64,000 bases of DNA from an uncultured Desulfobulbia bacterium (GCA_964443295.1 CAYUCH010000001.1:57456-121455); one strand, 5' to 3'. Positions 39,743-49,643 are shown, counted from the first letter of the stretch. The notes: generated by a model from the sequence alone, not told the origin. Translations and numbers: made by a program.

Positions 39743-40512
39743 TGAGTTGCTCGCGAAGGAAATTCCTTAAGAATACCCTTGCCGGGGCCGTTGCATCTTC
39801 ACTGCCCCTTTCTGCCTTTAAATTATTAAGTCCTGCTGAAGTTAAAGCAGCCATTGGCGATGCCAAGGTACGCTGGGCTTTTCTGGTCGACACCTATAAG
39901 TGTGTCGGCTGTGGCATGTGTGTCAAAGCATGTAAAAGTGAAAATGATATTCCATACAACATTCCCGTCACCAGAACGTGGGTTGAAAGATATGTCGTGA
40001 AAAAAAACGGCGAGACCTTAATCGATTCGCCCGATGGTGGCCGAGAGGGGTATACCACTCCTACAATCCACGGAGAAAAAATAGATCCTGACGATATTGT
40101 TAAAGGTTTTTTTGTCCCCAAACTATGCAATCAGTGTGAGACACCGGCCTGTGTACAAGTGTGTCCGGTGGGTGCTACCTACCAGACCCAGGATGGTGTT
40201 GTTTTAGTCGATCGGAGTTGGTGTATCGGCTGTGGGTACTGCATCATGGCCTGTCCATTTGGAGCACGCTTTTTCCATCCGATTCACAAAGTGGCAGAAA
40301 AATGTACCTTTTGTTACCACCGAATTTCCAATGGCATGACCACCGCTTGTGTGCAGGGATGCGCATTTGGCGCTCGACAAATCGGAAATTTGAAAGATCC
40401 CGAAGATCCCGTTACCAAAATAGTAATGACAGAAAGAGTCTCGATTTTAAAAGATGAGTACGGCACCAAACCGCAGGTTTTCTACATCGGCTTGGATGCA
40501 AACGTGAGGTAG
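39739..40512 (+). CDS. Tat-exported 4x[4Fe-4S] ferredoxin subunit (NrfC/PsrB/DmsB family)
   Basis: Has the twin-arginine signal SRRKFLK and four Cys clusters (CVGCGMCVKAC, CNQCETPACVQVCP, CIGCGYCIMACP, CTFCYHRI...CVQGC). Confidence 0.85.
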   Translation: MMSCSRRKFLKNTLAGAVASSLPLSAFKLLSPAEVKAAIGDAKVRWAFLVDTYKCVGCGMCVKACKSENDIPYNIPVTRTWVERYVVKKNGETLIDSPDGGREGYTTPTIHGEKIDPDDIVKGFFVPKLCNQCETPACVQVCPVGATYQTQDGVVLVDRSWCIGCGYCIMACPFGARFFHPIHKVAEKCTFCYHRISNGMTTACVQGCAFGARQIGNLKDPEDPVTKIVMTERVSILKDEYGTKPQVFYIGLDANVR

Positions 40513-40519
40513 ATACATT

Positions 40520-41767
40520 ATGGAAGAGTTAATACACGTACATGGTATGGAATGGACGGCCAAGGAGCTCTTTACCTACCCTAATGAGTTCATCTATTGG
40601 AGTATTCAGATTGTAATGTACCCGTATATGACCGGGCTGGTGGCAGGAGCTTTTGTCCTTTCGTCCCTTTATCATGTTTTTGGTCAAAAGGACCTGAAAG
40701 ACATAGCGAAGTTTTCACTTGTTTTTTCTTTGGCCCTGTTGCCGGTGGCCATGATGCCGCTTATGTTGCATTTGCAGCAACCCTTGCGTGGTATGAACGT
40801 AATGTTCACACCCCATTTTACTTCTGCCATTGCTGCTTTCGGTATTGTCTTTACCTTTTACGCTATGATTGTTTTAAGTGAAATCTGGTTTGTCTACCGA
40901 GAATTTTTTGTCCAACAGACAATTGCCCTGAAAGACGATGATACCACCAGCGGCACTTTAAAACGCTGGACCTACCACCTTTTTTGTCTTGGCGCCTACA
41001 ACACTGATGAAGACTCCATCAGCAAAGACAAAAAAGCCGTTACAATACTTGCCGCCATCGGTATACCGGTTGCCTGCTTCCTGCATGGGTATGCCGGTTT
41101 CATTTTTGGCTCTGTTAAAGCAAACGCACTCTGGATGTCACCTCTTATGCCGGTTATCTTCATTATGTCTGCCGTTGTTTCCGGCATTGCTCTTTGCATG
41201 CTGACATATATTATCATTATGGAATTCAAACATTTTAGTACCGCTTTTGCCAAGGGCAGGGGAGATGAATCGGTACAATTAATCCGCGGTGTAGAGATGG
41301 ACGTCATTACTAAGGCTTCCAAATATCTCATTGGTTTCCTGGTTGCGGCTATCAGCCTGGAGCTGCTTGACTTAATTTTCAGGGGGTATACCGCCATGAA
41401 GTCGTGGGATATCCTCCGAACGGTCATGTTTAAAACTGACTTTATAAAAATCTTTATCTTGCAGTATGGCCTGGGCAACTTATTGCCATTTGCCCTCCTT
41501 TTGATGCCTAAACTCACCATTAGACGCACCGTTGTTGCTTTGTTGCTCATTCTCTTCGGTGTCTTTATGATGCGTTGGAATGTTGTCATAGGCGGGCAGG
41601 CATTTTCTCTGTCATTTGCAGGATATATGCATTACCACATGCCAATTATCCCCCATCACCTTGAAGCATATAAAGAAGGCTTACTTGGTGCTCTGACAGT
41701 TATGGCGACACCTTTTCTGCTTTTCTGGCTTATAAACAAATTTGTCCCGTCTTTACGCTACGATTAA
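40520..41767 (+). CDS. NrfD/PsrC-family quinone-interacting membrane subunit
   Basis: 415 aa, about 10 TM segments, directly downstream of the FeS subunit. Confidence 0.8.
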   Translation: MEELIHVHGMEWTAKELFTYPNEFIYWSIQIVMYPYMTGLVAGAFVLSSLYHVFGQKDLKDIAKFSLVFSLALLPVAMMPLMLHLQQPLRGMNVMFTPHFTSAIAAFGIVFTFYAMIVLSEIWFVYREFFVQQTIALKDDDTTSGTLKRWTYHLFCLGAYNTDEDSISKDKKAVTILAAIGIPVACFLHGYAGFIFGSVKANALWMSPLMPVIFIMSAVVSGIALCMLTYIIIMEFKHFSTAFAKGRGDESVQLIRGVEMDVITKASKYLIGFLVAAISLELLDLIFRGYTAMKSWDILRTVMFKTDFIKIFILQYGLGNLLPFALLLMPKLTIRRTVVALLLILFGVFMMRWNVVIGGQAFSLSFAGYMHYHMPIIPHHLEAYKEGLLGALTVMATPFLLFWLINKFVPSLRYD

Positions 41768-41821
41768 AATGTTTATCGTCAGTTAGCATTCTTCTACATA
41801 TCTATTTGATCCAAAATAAAA

Positions 41822-41855
41822 CTGGGAACCTGCTGCAAAGTCAGCAGGTTCCCAG
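41822..41855 (+). terminator. perfect 14-bp stem hairpin after the NrfD gene (terminator-like, no clear U-tract)
   Basis: CTGGGAACCTGCTG-caaagt-CAGCAGGTTCCCAG, read directly. Confidence 0.5.
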
Positions 41856-41978
41856 GGAGAGGTAATGATATAGCTTTATATAACAAAGAGTATTGGCTAA
41901 TCGTATGCATGCCTTTCAGGGTGTTTTACTCTAGCTGAAACACCATTCCATCAACTCAAACAAACCTTTTCTTCAAAA

Positions 41979-43007
41979 ATGAAATTCACTGTCCGGCTTT
42001 CAAGCTATTTCTTTACTTTTTTGCTCCTTTTTAATATCCCTGCTGTCCATCCCTTTCCTTTCCGTGAGATTTCCGTCGGTAATCCTGTACCAAATGTAAA
42101 TCTACAAAGCTTCAATGAGCACAATTCGATAACTTTTTCCCGATACAAAGGCAAACCGTTCATCGCCGTTTTTTGGGGAGCTGACCTGACGGAAAAATTG
42201 AATCGATCATCACACGTTCTAACAGGTATGGAAAGCATGGCCACTTTCCTGGCAGAGCGTGATATCCAAGTGCTTTCTGTCAACACCCAGGGTGATAATC
42301 GGGATATAATCGATGAAGTAGTCAGGCTATCCCAAAGCAGCTATCCCGTATATCTGGATCAGGACCGAGAAGCCTACAGGCTCCTCGGTATCTTTGTTAT
42401 GCCAGCAATACTATTGATTGATAAGGACGGCAATATCGTAGCCGGAATGGGATATTCTCACAATATTATCGATCAACTTAAGGGTGCTGTTGAAATAATG
42501 CTGGGAGAAAAAACAGCAGAACAGGTACAGGCCGATCTACAACCCAAAATGATTGACAAGTCTTCTCGAGAAAAAAGTGGGAACCGGCATCAAAATTTAG
42601 GCATGGTTTTATTAGAAATGGGAATGACGGATAGAGCCATCTCAGAATTCAAGAAAGCACTGGAACTCAATAATTCTCTCAGCCAGCCCCATATAGAGCT
42701 TGGCTGTCTCTATGTTGAAAAGAATCAGTTGATTTTGGCAGAGGTTGAACTCTCTAAAGGACTTGAACTTGCACCCGACTCTCTTCGCGGGAGGACCTGT
42801 GAAGGAATACTCAAAATGGAAAGCGGCCATTTAGACGATGCCGCGAAAGACTTTAAATCAATTCAGGAGATAACACCATCAAGCCACGAACCACACTACC
42901 TTCTCGGCAAGGTTTATGAGGCCCAAAACATGCTAGACAAGGCCATTGTCGAGTATAAACAGGCATATGTACTACTCAATCGCAGGCGAGCTGACATAGA
43001 CGAATAA
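41979..43007 (+). CDS. secreted redoxin(TlpA)-fold protein lacking the CxxC motif, fused to TPR repeats
   Basis: Has a signal peptide and a redoxin-like N-terminal domain. The expected WxxxCxxC position reads FWGADLTEK, with no Cys. The C-terminal half has TPR-like repeats. Confidence 0.55.
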   Translation: MKFTVRLSSYFFTFLLLFNIPAVHPFPFREISVGNPVPNVNLQSFNEHNSITFSRYKGKPFIAVFWGADLTEKLNRSSHVLTGMESMATFLAERDIQVLSVNTQGDNRDIIDEVVRLSQSSYPVYLDQDREAYRLLGIFVMPAILLIDKDGNIVAGMGYSHNIIDQLKGAVEIMLGEKTAEQVQADLQPKMIDKSSREKSGNRHQNLGMVLLEMGMTDRAISEFKKALELNNSLSQPHIELGCLYVEKNQLILAEVELSKGLELAPDSLRGRTCEGILKMESGHLDDAAKDFKSIQEITPSSHEPHYLLGKVYEAQNMLDKAIVEYKQAYVLLNRRRADIDE

Positions 43008-43031
43008 TCCTACACTATTTTTTCCAAAAAA

Positions 43032-43062
43032 AGAGGCGCCGGTGTTGAACTCCGGCGCCTCT
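43032..43062. terminator. bidirectional intrinsic terminator between convergent genes
   Basis: AGAGGCGCCGG-tgttgaact-CCGGCGCCTCT, flanked by an A-run upstream and a T-run downstream. Confidence 0.8.
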
Positions 43063-43091
43063 TTTGGGATTAATACTCTATAGCGTAACCG

Positions 43092-44555
43092 CTATTCCGG
43101 TTCATCATGGCAAAGTGCACAATCCTGGGTGATGGTATCACCGTTTTCATTCTCATGTTCTTCGTCATGACATCGCCAACAACCATACCCATCATCGGCA
43201 TATTGATGCCCCAGATGGCTTTTATAGGTACCCCAATGGATATCCATTCTCGGCCAAACATTGTTCAAATACGTTTCAAGGAGATATTCCCCGGTATTGC
43301 GGATCTCAGCCTCAAATTTCTGAGCTACTTCCGGGTCTCTCTCTTTCTGCATGGCCAATAACTTACCAATCATCTGGGCTTGGGCCTCGTCTCTATCGGT
43401 GTACCCAAACGTGAGAACAGCGAGACTGTCTTCACGGATACCTGGAATTTCACCATTGATCCGCTTACTCAAGAGACCAAAATCAACTCGCTCTTCCGGC
43501 ATATCATAGACATGGGTGGGTCGGTTATGACAATCGATGCAGTCCATAATCCTCCAACCGCCACCATGACCATCGTCCTCAGCAGGTTCATGTACTTCGA
43601 TGTCAGCCTTGACAAATTCATCTTTAGAACCGTCCGGCCTTTTCACCCTGACCTTGCCAATCTCGGTTCGCTTCTGATCTGCAGCAAGATAGCTCACCTC
43701 AACATCCTGGCTGACATGCCAGTGAATTCCTTCAAAAGCATCGGTAACAGGATTCCGCCCACCAATATGGAGTGCAATATCAGCTACTTCGGGATTCACT
43801 TGGTCTTCATCGCTGAAACTTGTAAAACTCTTGACTTTTTTGCCATGGAATTTTTCAGGCCAATGGCACTCTTCGCAGATGTCCGGGGCGGGGCGCAGAT
43901 GTTCTACCGGAGCGGCAATGGGTCGGGAATATGTATCTGCCACCACTGCAACAACCTGACGCAATCCTGAAATCTTTGCTTTTACAAACCAACCTGCCCC
44001 GGAACCAATATGACACTCAACGCAAACAACTTTCGCATGGGGAGAGCGCTGATACACCTCATATTCAGGCTCCATAACGGTATGACAAACCTTGCCACAG
44101 AAATAGGGGGAATCGCTGAAATGATACCCTTCATAAGCGACAAAGGCCAAAATACAAAAATTTATCACTGTTAATACGATAAATCCAACGACCCAGCGAC
44201 GATGCTTATGGTCACTTAAATTTATTTTAAGATGCTCCCTGGATATACCATATTTATACCATTTCCTTCGTCGCAGATAAGCTGCAAAAGGAATTAGCAG
44301 CAAACCGGTTATCATCCCACCAGGCAAAATAAGATATGTGAAAAATCCAGCATATGGATTGTCGAAATACCCAAACAAATCGACAAGCGTCCCTATTACC
44401 AATAAGGTGGTGCTGACTGTAGTAATGGTGACACCCATCAGGCCCAGAGGCGAGCGCCACATGCCACGAATTATATTACTCCATGGACTCCGAGACAGTT
44501 GTTCAGAGTCCTCCCCTTTATTTTCTTCTTTTTGATTTGTCTCATTTTCAGACAT
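43092..44555 (-). CDS. inner-membrane multiheme c-type cytochrome (3 TM helices plus a NapC/NirT-like heme domain)
   Basis: Five CxxCH motifs (CVECH, CEECH, CIDCH, CWRCH, CALCH) plus one CxxxCH (CGKVCH). Three N-terminal hydrophobic helices. The architecture is reminiscent of ImcH-type quinol-oxidising cytochromes (from memory, not aligned). Confidence 0.75.
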   Translation of the reverse strand: MSENETNQKEENKGEDSEQLSRSPWSNIIRGMWRSPLGLMGVTITTVSTTLLVIGTLVDLFGYFDNPYAGFFTYLILPGGMITGLLLIPFAAYLRRRKWYKYGISREHLKINLSDHKHRRWVVGFIVLTVINFCILAFVAYEGYHFSDSPYFCGKVCHTVMEPEYEVYQRSPHAKVVCVECHIGSGAGWFVKAKISGLRQVVAVVADTYSRPIAAPVEHLRPAPDICEECHWPEKFHGKKVKSFTSFSDEDQVNPEVADIALHIGGRNPVTDAFEGIHWHVSQDVEVSYLAADQKRTEIGKVRVKRPDGSKDEFVKADIEVHEPAEDDGHGGGWRIMDCIDCHNRPTHVYDMPEERVDFGLLSKRINGEIPGIREDSLAVLTFGYTDRDEAQAQMIGKLLAMQKERDPEVAQKFEAEIRNTGEYLLETYLNNVWPRMDIHWGTYKSHLGHQYADDGYGCWRCHDEEHENENGDTITQDCALCHDEPE

Positions 44556-44678
44556 AAACAGCCTCCTCCCACATTTTTTTTTAACTTAGAGCTTCAAGAA
44601 TTTTTCAGCACGTATAAATTACTCACAGATTCAGAGAGCACATTTCGCCCTGGACTCGTGACAATTTCAGTATAAGGC

Positions 44679-44695
44679 TTGCAATATAAATGCCA
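44679..44695 (-). promoter_or_regulatory. sigma-54 (-24/-12) promoter upstream of the multiheme cytochrome gene
   Basis: The minus strand reads TGGCAT-ttata-TTGCAA. GG/GC spacing is canonical. It lies about 125 nt upstream of the ATG at 44555. Confidence 0.7.
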
Positions 44696-44820
44696 GACAG
44701 GACTTTTTTTTCATACTTCTTCTCAACCACCCCAAGTTGAGACACAAATCGCCTGTCTTACGACCTTTTTTCACACCCCTTACAGCCGCCACCTCCTTTT
44801 CATTGGTTCCGTGAACACCC

Positions 44821-44870
44821 CATTGTTGCAACAATTATGTTGCAACACACCTGTCGCATGCAACACATGA
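44821..44870. promoter_or_regulatory. TGCAACA repeat cluster (candidate enhancer/UAS)
   Basis: TGCAACA occurs at 44827, 44841 and 44859. The first two lie inside TGTTGCAACA palindromes. The cluster is 130-180 nt upstream of the sigma-54 promoter at 44679..44695. Confidence 0.5.
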
Positions 44871-44876
44871 AACACT

Positions 44877-46673
44877 TTAGCTCCCTGCTACAACAGGTAG
44901 GTCCAGCAACACTGTAGTATGATTTCCAGCCACACTATCTACGGAAAGTTTGCCGCCATTTTCTTCCACCAGAAATTTACTGATTGTCAAACCGAGTCCT
45001 GTGCCACCATCCTTGCCTTTGGTTGAGAAAAATGGCTCCATAAGACTGGAAAGCACTTCAGGCTCCACACCAACTCCCCAGTCGGTAACCGAACTCCGCA
45101 ACCAATTACGACCTTCGGAATAAACAACTTCCCCGTGTACTTCTAATTTCTTTTGCTCGTCTCTGGCCGGGAATCGCTCGTTAAGGGCATGGCGAGCATT
45201 CATAAATACATTTAAAAACACCAAATGCATATGCTCTTTATTGACATGCACTGCCGGCAACTCAATTGGGAAAGCCACGTCCAAAATTATTCCATCATTT
45301 TTTAAGAGTTGGTCCACAAGGGAAAGTGCTTCTCCCACCACTGTAGCCATAGGAACAGAATCCTTCGCTTTCCCTTGCTCCCGTGCTAAGTATTGAACTT
45401 GGTGCAACACTGTTGCCGCACGCTCACCATCACGGACCATATTGCTGAGCAATCCCACCTTGGCACTATCTTTTTCTTGTTGACCAAATTCATCCAGCAA
45501 AACTTGGCCATAGTTAATTATGCCGTTAATGAGGTTAGAAACTTCATGAACTACGCCAGAACAAAGCTCGCCAATTGCCGCCAAGCCGCACACTCTAATC
45601 GTCAGATCGGAAAGGCCGGCGTTTTGATCATCACCTTTCTGTGCTACAACAAGACAGAGCGAAGGAGCTCCACATTCAGGAAAAGAAATTTTAAACCGAA
45701 TACGTTTACCAAATCCGTCTGGCAGAACGTGAAAGGACGAGGACTCATCCGCTTGCAAAGCCTTAACAAGCTGAGACGCCTGATTTGATCCTATATCATT
45801 GAAAAACAAAGAAACAACTGAAAAACCATGGATGACATCGAGGTCACGGCCTAAAAAACGTGCCGCTGCTTCATTAGCCTTAAGCACCTCTCCCTGGGCA
45901 TCCACCAGGAACAGGGCATCATCAGTGCTACTGAAGAGCAATTCTGCCTGAGCTTGATACGTTACAGCTTTTTCAGAACTATCCAGCCATTGCTCTTGCA
46001 ATTGGCTGTGTGTTGACGCCAACAATGAAAGCTCATCAAAAGCTTGACTGTCGTACTGCAAAGGTGCCTTGCCTGAATCATCTTTTTGTATTTGGCGGGC
46101 AATACCAATGATAGGCACGGCGAGCTTTCTATACCATAGGACCAGGAGAAAACTAAAAATACAAAGAACAATGGCAAGTCCACCGATCACAACATTTTGA
46201 AAACGAACCAACGTCGCTTTGGCCTGGCCGACGATAATCCGGTCAAACCGCATAAGACGATCACCCAGAAGTCGCATTTTCACGTTGAGTTCATTGGCTA
46301 GACTTTGCTTGTCTGTCTCTGCTTCAATTTTTCGCAAAAGCAGTACAATCCCGGAGAGATCGACTTGATTGATAAAGGTTAATTTATATTCACCTGGAAT
46401 CAGGCTATTCTCTAATAATCCGGAAAGGGCGGTATTTAATGATTCAATTTCTTCTACAATGGGACCCAATTGTTGATAGCGACCAGCCAGTAGCGACTCG
46501 GTTACATGGTCTCGAATGGTGGCAAACTGAAAAATGAGTTTTTCACTTTGGTCAATGATTGAGTCATACCTGCCGGCCAGAGAGTATTGACGCACTCCCA
46601 TCATTAATACGACGCACAAGATAACGGCCGCTGTCAAGGTCGTGCCATACAGGGTTTTTCTCAGTGAAAACAT
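44877..46673 (-). CDS. membrane sensor histidine kinase
   Basis: Has an N-terminal TM, an extracytoplasmic region, a second TM and a PAS-like segment. H-box is HEVSNLINGIINY. The HATPase domain carries GTGLGLTISKFLV. Its ATG directly abuts the ftsH stop (TAAATG). Confidence 0.85.
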   Translation of the reverse strand: MFSLRKTLYGTTLTAAVILCVVLMMGVRQYSLAGRYDSIIDQSEKLIFQFATIRDHVTESLLAGRYQQLGPIVEEIESLNTALSGLLENSLIPGEYKLTFINQVDLSGIVLLLRKIEAETDKQSLANELNVKMRLLGDRLMRFDRIIVGQAKATLVRFQNVVIGGLAIVLCIFSFLLVLWYRKLAVPIIGIARQIQKDDSGKAPLQYDSQAFDELSLLASTHSQLQEQWLDSSEKAVTYQAQAELLFSSTDDALFLVDAQGEVLKANEAAARFLGRDLDVIHGFSVVSLFFNDIGSNQASQLVKALQADESSSFHVLPDGFGKRIRFKISFPECGAPSLCLVVAQKGDDQNAGLSDLTIRVCGLAAIGELCSGVVHEVSNLINGIINYGQVLLDEFGQQEKDSAKVGLLSNMVRDGERAATVLHQVQYLAREQGKAKDSVPMATVVGEALSLVDQLLKNDGIILDVAFPIELPAVHVNKEHMHLVFLNVFMNARHALNERFPARDEQKKLEVHGEVVYSEGRNWLRSSVTDWGVGVEPEVLSSLMEPFFSTKGKDGGTGLGLTISKFLVEENGGKLSVDSVAGNHTTVLLDLPVVAGS

Positions 46674-48560
46674 TTAGGCAGCACTCGGCATATGGGAACA
46701 ATGAGCTGCAGCCGGGCATGTGCTGCAATCGTGATGTTCGTCTGTCACATCATGTTCCTTGTCTTTTTCTTTTTTAGCCTGTTTTTTCTGGGTGCAATCA
46801 AAAATAATCTGCAACTCCTCACTGTCTAACGTCTCGGTCTGTAAGAGAATCTCAGCAAGGTTACTCAAAAAATCCTTTTCATTCTCCACAATGGCAACTG
46901 CATCTCTATAGCAACTTTCCACAAGGTCTCTTACTTCTTTATCAATACGCCGAGCGGTTTCTTCACTGTGAGCCATAAGCGCTGTCTGATCACCTAAAAA
47001 ACCACTGGAATCCTTAGCATAGGACAAAGGCCCCATAGCCTCACTCATCCCCCACTTACAAACCATTTTTGTGGCAATATCCGTAGCGCGCATAAGATCA
47101 TCCTGGGCTCCGGTGGTCTGCTGATGCAAAATCACCTCTTCTGCGGCCCTGCCACCCATAAAAATAATGATCTTATTCCGCAGATACTCTTTGGAATAGG
47201 CATGCCTGTCTTTGAGAGGCAATTGCTGCGTATGCCCCATGGCCTGTCCCCGGGGAATAATAGTAATTTTATGCAGAGGATCTGATTCGGGCAGATAGCG
47301 TGCCATAATGGCGTGACCAGCCTCATGGTATGCCATGGTCCGCCGGTCCTTCTCGGTAATCACCAATCCCTTCCGTTCAACACCCATCAATATTCGATCT
47401 TTGGCTGCTTCAAAATCCGGCAGCTCAATAACATCTTTCCCTTGGCGTGCGGCCATAAGCGCAGCTTCGTTTACAAGGTTGGCAAGTTCCGCTCCGGTAA
47501 AGCCCGGTGTGCTTTGAGCGACACTATGCAGGTCTATATTTTCTGCCAAGCTGACCTTTTCGGAGTAGACCTCAAGAATTTTAAATCGCCCCTTCACATC
47601 AGGAGCCAAAATATTTATTTGCCGATCAAAACGGCCGGAACGGAGTAAAGCCGGATCCAGAATATCAGGCCTATTTGTTGCGGCAAGTACAACGATGGTA
47701 TCTTTCGAACTAAATCCATCCATTTCTACCAAGAGAGCATTCAGTGTTTGACCGCGTTCATCCTGGCCACCGCTCATTCCTGAACCTCGATGCGCCCCTA
47801 CGGCATCAATTTCATCAATAAAAATAATACTGGCTGGATTCTTTTTAGCCTCCTTAAAAAGATCACGAACCCTGGAAGCGCCAACCCCCACAAACATTTC
47901 AACAAAATCAGAGCCACTGAAGCTATAAAAAGGCACGCCAGCCTCACCGGCAATAGCCCGGGCGAGAAGTGTCTTTCCTGTCCCCGGGGGGCCCTGCAGC
48001 AAAACCCCTTTGGGAATAGAAGCGCCAATGCGGCTGAAATGCTCTGGATTTTTAAGAAATTCGATGATCTCCAAAAGCTCTTCTTTTGCCTCGGGTATCC
48101 CCGCCACATCTTTAAAGGTTACCTGTTTTTCGCTGGCACTATATTTAATCACCTTATCTTTGGTGAATTCACTTTCATCCTCTCCACCTTGCTGCTTGCG
48201 GAATAAATAAATCCAAATTCCAAGCACAAGTAACATCGGAATGATAATCGAAATGGCATTCCACAGAATAGAAGACCGATCAGGACTGGCGGAAAAGGTG
48301 ACATCTTTCTCTATTAACTTTGGCAGCAAACTTCCTACTTCAGGTGAAAATGTGGCAAACTCCCGGTCAAACTCATCGGTAAACCGGATGTCTCCCCCCT
48401 GCAATTCAACCTCGGCAATCTTTCCTTGCTCCAATTTAGTAAGGAACTCAGTATATGGCAGGCTTTCCAATTTGTTTTCCAGGTTCCAGAAAACAACTGC
48501 TGATATTCCAATACTGGCTAAAATGAGGAGAATAAAGAGATTGCGAATGAGAATAACCAT
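46674..48560 (-). CDS. ftsH: ATP-dependent zinc metalloprotease FtsH (with a Cys/His-rich C-terminal tail)
   Basis: Carries Walker A (GPPGTGKT), the SRH, and the zinc motif HEAGHA. The C-terminal tail reads [26 protein letters not shown]. Confidence 0.9.
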   Translation of the reverse strand: MVILIRNLFILLILASIGISAVVFWNLENKLESLPYTEFLTKLEQGKIAEVELQGGDIRFTDEFDREFATFSPEVGSLLPKLIEKDVTFSASPDRSSILWNAISIIIPMLLVLGIWIYLFRKQQGGEDESEFTKDKVIKYSASEKQVTFKDVAGIPEAKEELLEIIEFLKNPEHFSRIGASIPKGVLLQGPPGTGKTLLARAIAGEAGVPFYSFSGSDFVEMFVGVGASRVRDLFKEAKKNPASIIFIDEIDAVGAHRGSGMSGGQDERGQTLNALLVEMDGFSSKDTIVVLAATNRPDILDPALLRSGRFDRQINILAPDVKGRFKILEVYSEKVSLAENIDLHSVAQSTPGFTGAELANLVNEAALMAARQGKDVIELPDFEAAKDRILMGVERKGLVITEKDRRTMAYHEAGHAIMARYLPESDPLHKITIIPRGQAMGHTQQLPLKDRHAYSKEYLRNKIIIFMGGRAAEEVILHQQTTGAQDDLMRATDIATKMVCKWGMSEAMGPLSYAKDSSGFLGDQTALMAHSEETARRIDKEVRDLVESCYRDAVAIVENEKDFLSNLAEILLQTETLDSEELQIIFDCTQKKQAKKEKDKEHDVTDEHHDCSTCPAAAHCSHMPSAA

Positions 48561-48648
48561 GAGCGTTCCTTAAAAGGCCGGGATCCCAAGTGAACAATTA
48601 CGTTCCCGACTGTGGGTTGTATCGCGTCAAAAGAGTACGACACTTTTG

Positions 48649-48665
48649 TTGCAATGAGAATGCCA
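48649..48665 (-). promoter_or_regulatory. sigma-54 (-24/-12) promoter upstream of ftsH and the kinase
   Basis: The minus strand reads TGGCAT-tctca-TTGCAA, about 90 nt upstream of the ftsH ATG. Confidence 0.65.
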
Positions 48666-48761
48666 CCATGTTGTATATATTTCTAATCAAATTTACTCAT
48701 GATTACCAGAAATTATCACGGTTATTTAACAACACATATTTCCACTGTTGCTGCTACCCTT

Positions 48762-48802
48762 AAAAAAAAAGCCGGTGAAGGGTTTGCCTACCCCTCACCG
48801 GC
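48762..48802 (-). terminator. intrinsic terminator after the small-gene array
   Basis: The minus strand reads GCCGGTGAGGGG-taggcaaa-CCCTTCACCGGC, followed by T9. Confidence 0.85.
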
Positions 48803-48836
48803 TCAAAATAAGAACCAATTTTTGCTTGCCGCTTAT

Positions 48837-49082
48837 TTAACCACCGAGTACTGCTTGAACCCAGGCTGATACGAAATTAAGCGGATTTCCTGCGCTCATA
48901 AGGCCGCCCAGTAAGAAAAGCAGCCCCATGGTACCAACCACACCGCCAACAGCGAGGATCGCGATAAGACCAACCTTACTGACCTCAAGATCCACTTCGG
49001 TGTTTTCGCCAGCATGGCTTAGTACACCGGTGTTGTTGTGTTCCCTAGTTTTTGCGATAGCAACTGATGATGTATCTTTCAT
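48837..49082 (-). CDS. small membrane protein, paralog 4 of the tandem array (81 aa, most divergent)
   Basis: RBS AAGGAG. The C-terminal block GLLFLLGGLMSAGNPLNFVSAWVQAVLGG aligns with the three upstream paralogs. Confidence 0.7.
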   Translation of the reverse strand: MKDTSSVAIAKTREHNNTGVLSHAGENTEVDLEVSKVGLIAILAVGGVVGTMGLLFLLGGLMSAGNPLNFVSAWVQAVLGG

Positions 49083-49108
49083 TATATTTCTCCTTAAATA
49101 ATAGAATA

Positions 49109-49333
49109 TTAAATACCCAGAACGGCGCTAAACCAATCTTTAACAAATGCCAGTGGACCACCACTACTTATCAATCCACCGACCAAGCAGGCCACACCCC
49201 AGACGCCTATAAGAGCGGCGACAAAACCAATAACTGTTATTCCGACCCGAGAGACTTCAACATCAACTTGTCCTGCAGACTGGGTAGCTGCTTTTATCTC
49301 GGTGTTAGCTTGTATCGGGTTGTCCTGGGCCAT
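49109..49333 (-). CDS. small membrane protein, paralog 3 of the tandem array (74 aa)
   Basis: RBS AGGAGG. The C-terminus is SRVGITVIGFVAALIGVWGVACLVGGLISSGGPLAFVKDWFSAVLGI. Confidence 0.75.
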   Translation of the reverse strand: MAQDNPIQANTEIKAATQSAGQVDVEVSRVGITVIGFVAALIGVWGVACLVGGLISSGGPLAFVKDWFSAVLGI

Positions 49334-49377
49334 TTTATCCTCCTACACTCAATCTTTCTCAATATTTCAAGCTGTCA

Positions 49378-49596
49378 TTAACCCATAACAGCGCCGAACC
49401 AACTTTTTACGAATGCAAGTGGGCCACCACTTTGAACAAGGCCACTTACCATACATGCTACTGCCCATAGTCCGATAAGACCTGAAGCAACAGCAAATCC
49501 GCCGACACCGATCTTAGAAATTTCTGTTTCCACATGGGAAGCATCTTGGGTGCGGGCATTAATTTCAGTTTTTGTTTTATTGGTTGCAGTGTTCAT
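49378..49596 (-). CDS. small membrane protein, paralog 2 of the tandem array (72 aa)
   Basis: The internal ATG at 49596 has RBS AAGGAG and gives MNTATNKTK... The C-terminus is SKIGVGGFAVASGLIGLWAVACMVSGLVQSGGPLAFVKSWFGAVMG. The longer track ORF overlaps paralog 1. Confidence 0.75.
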   Translation of the reverse strand: MNTATNKTKTEINARTQDASHVETEISKIGVGGFAVASGLIGLWAVACMVSGLVQSGGPLAFVKSWFGAVMG

Positions 49597-49643
49597 GTTG
49601 ATCTCCTTTTCAAGTGAATTATTGGGTCGCTCGAGTTCTATAA

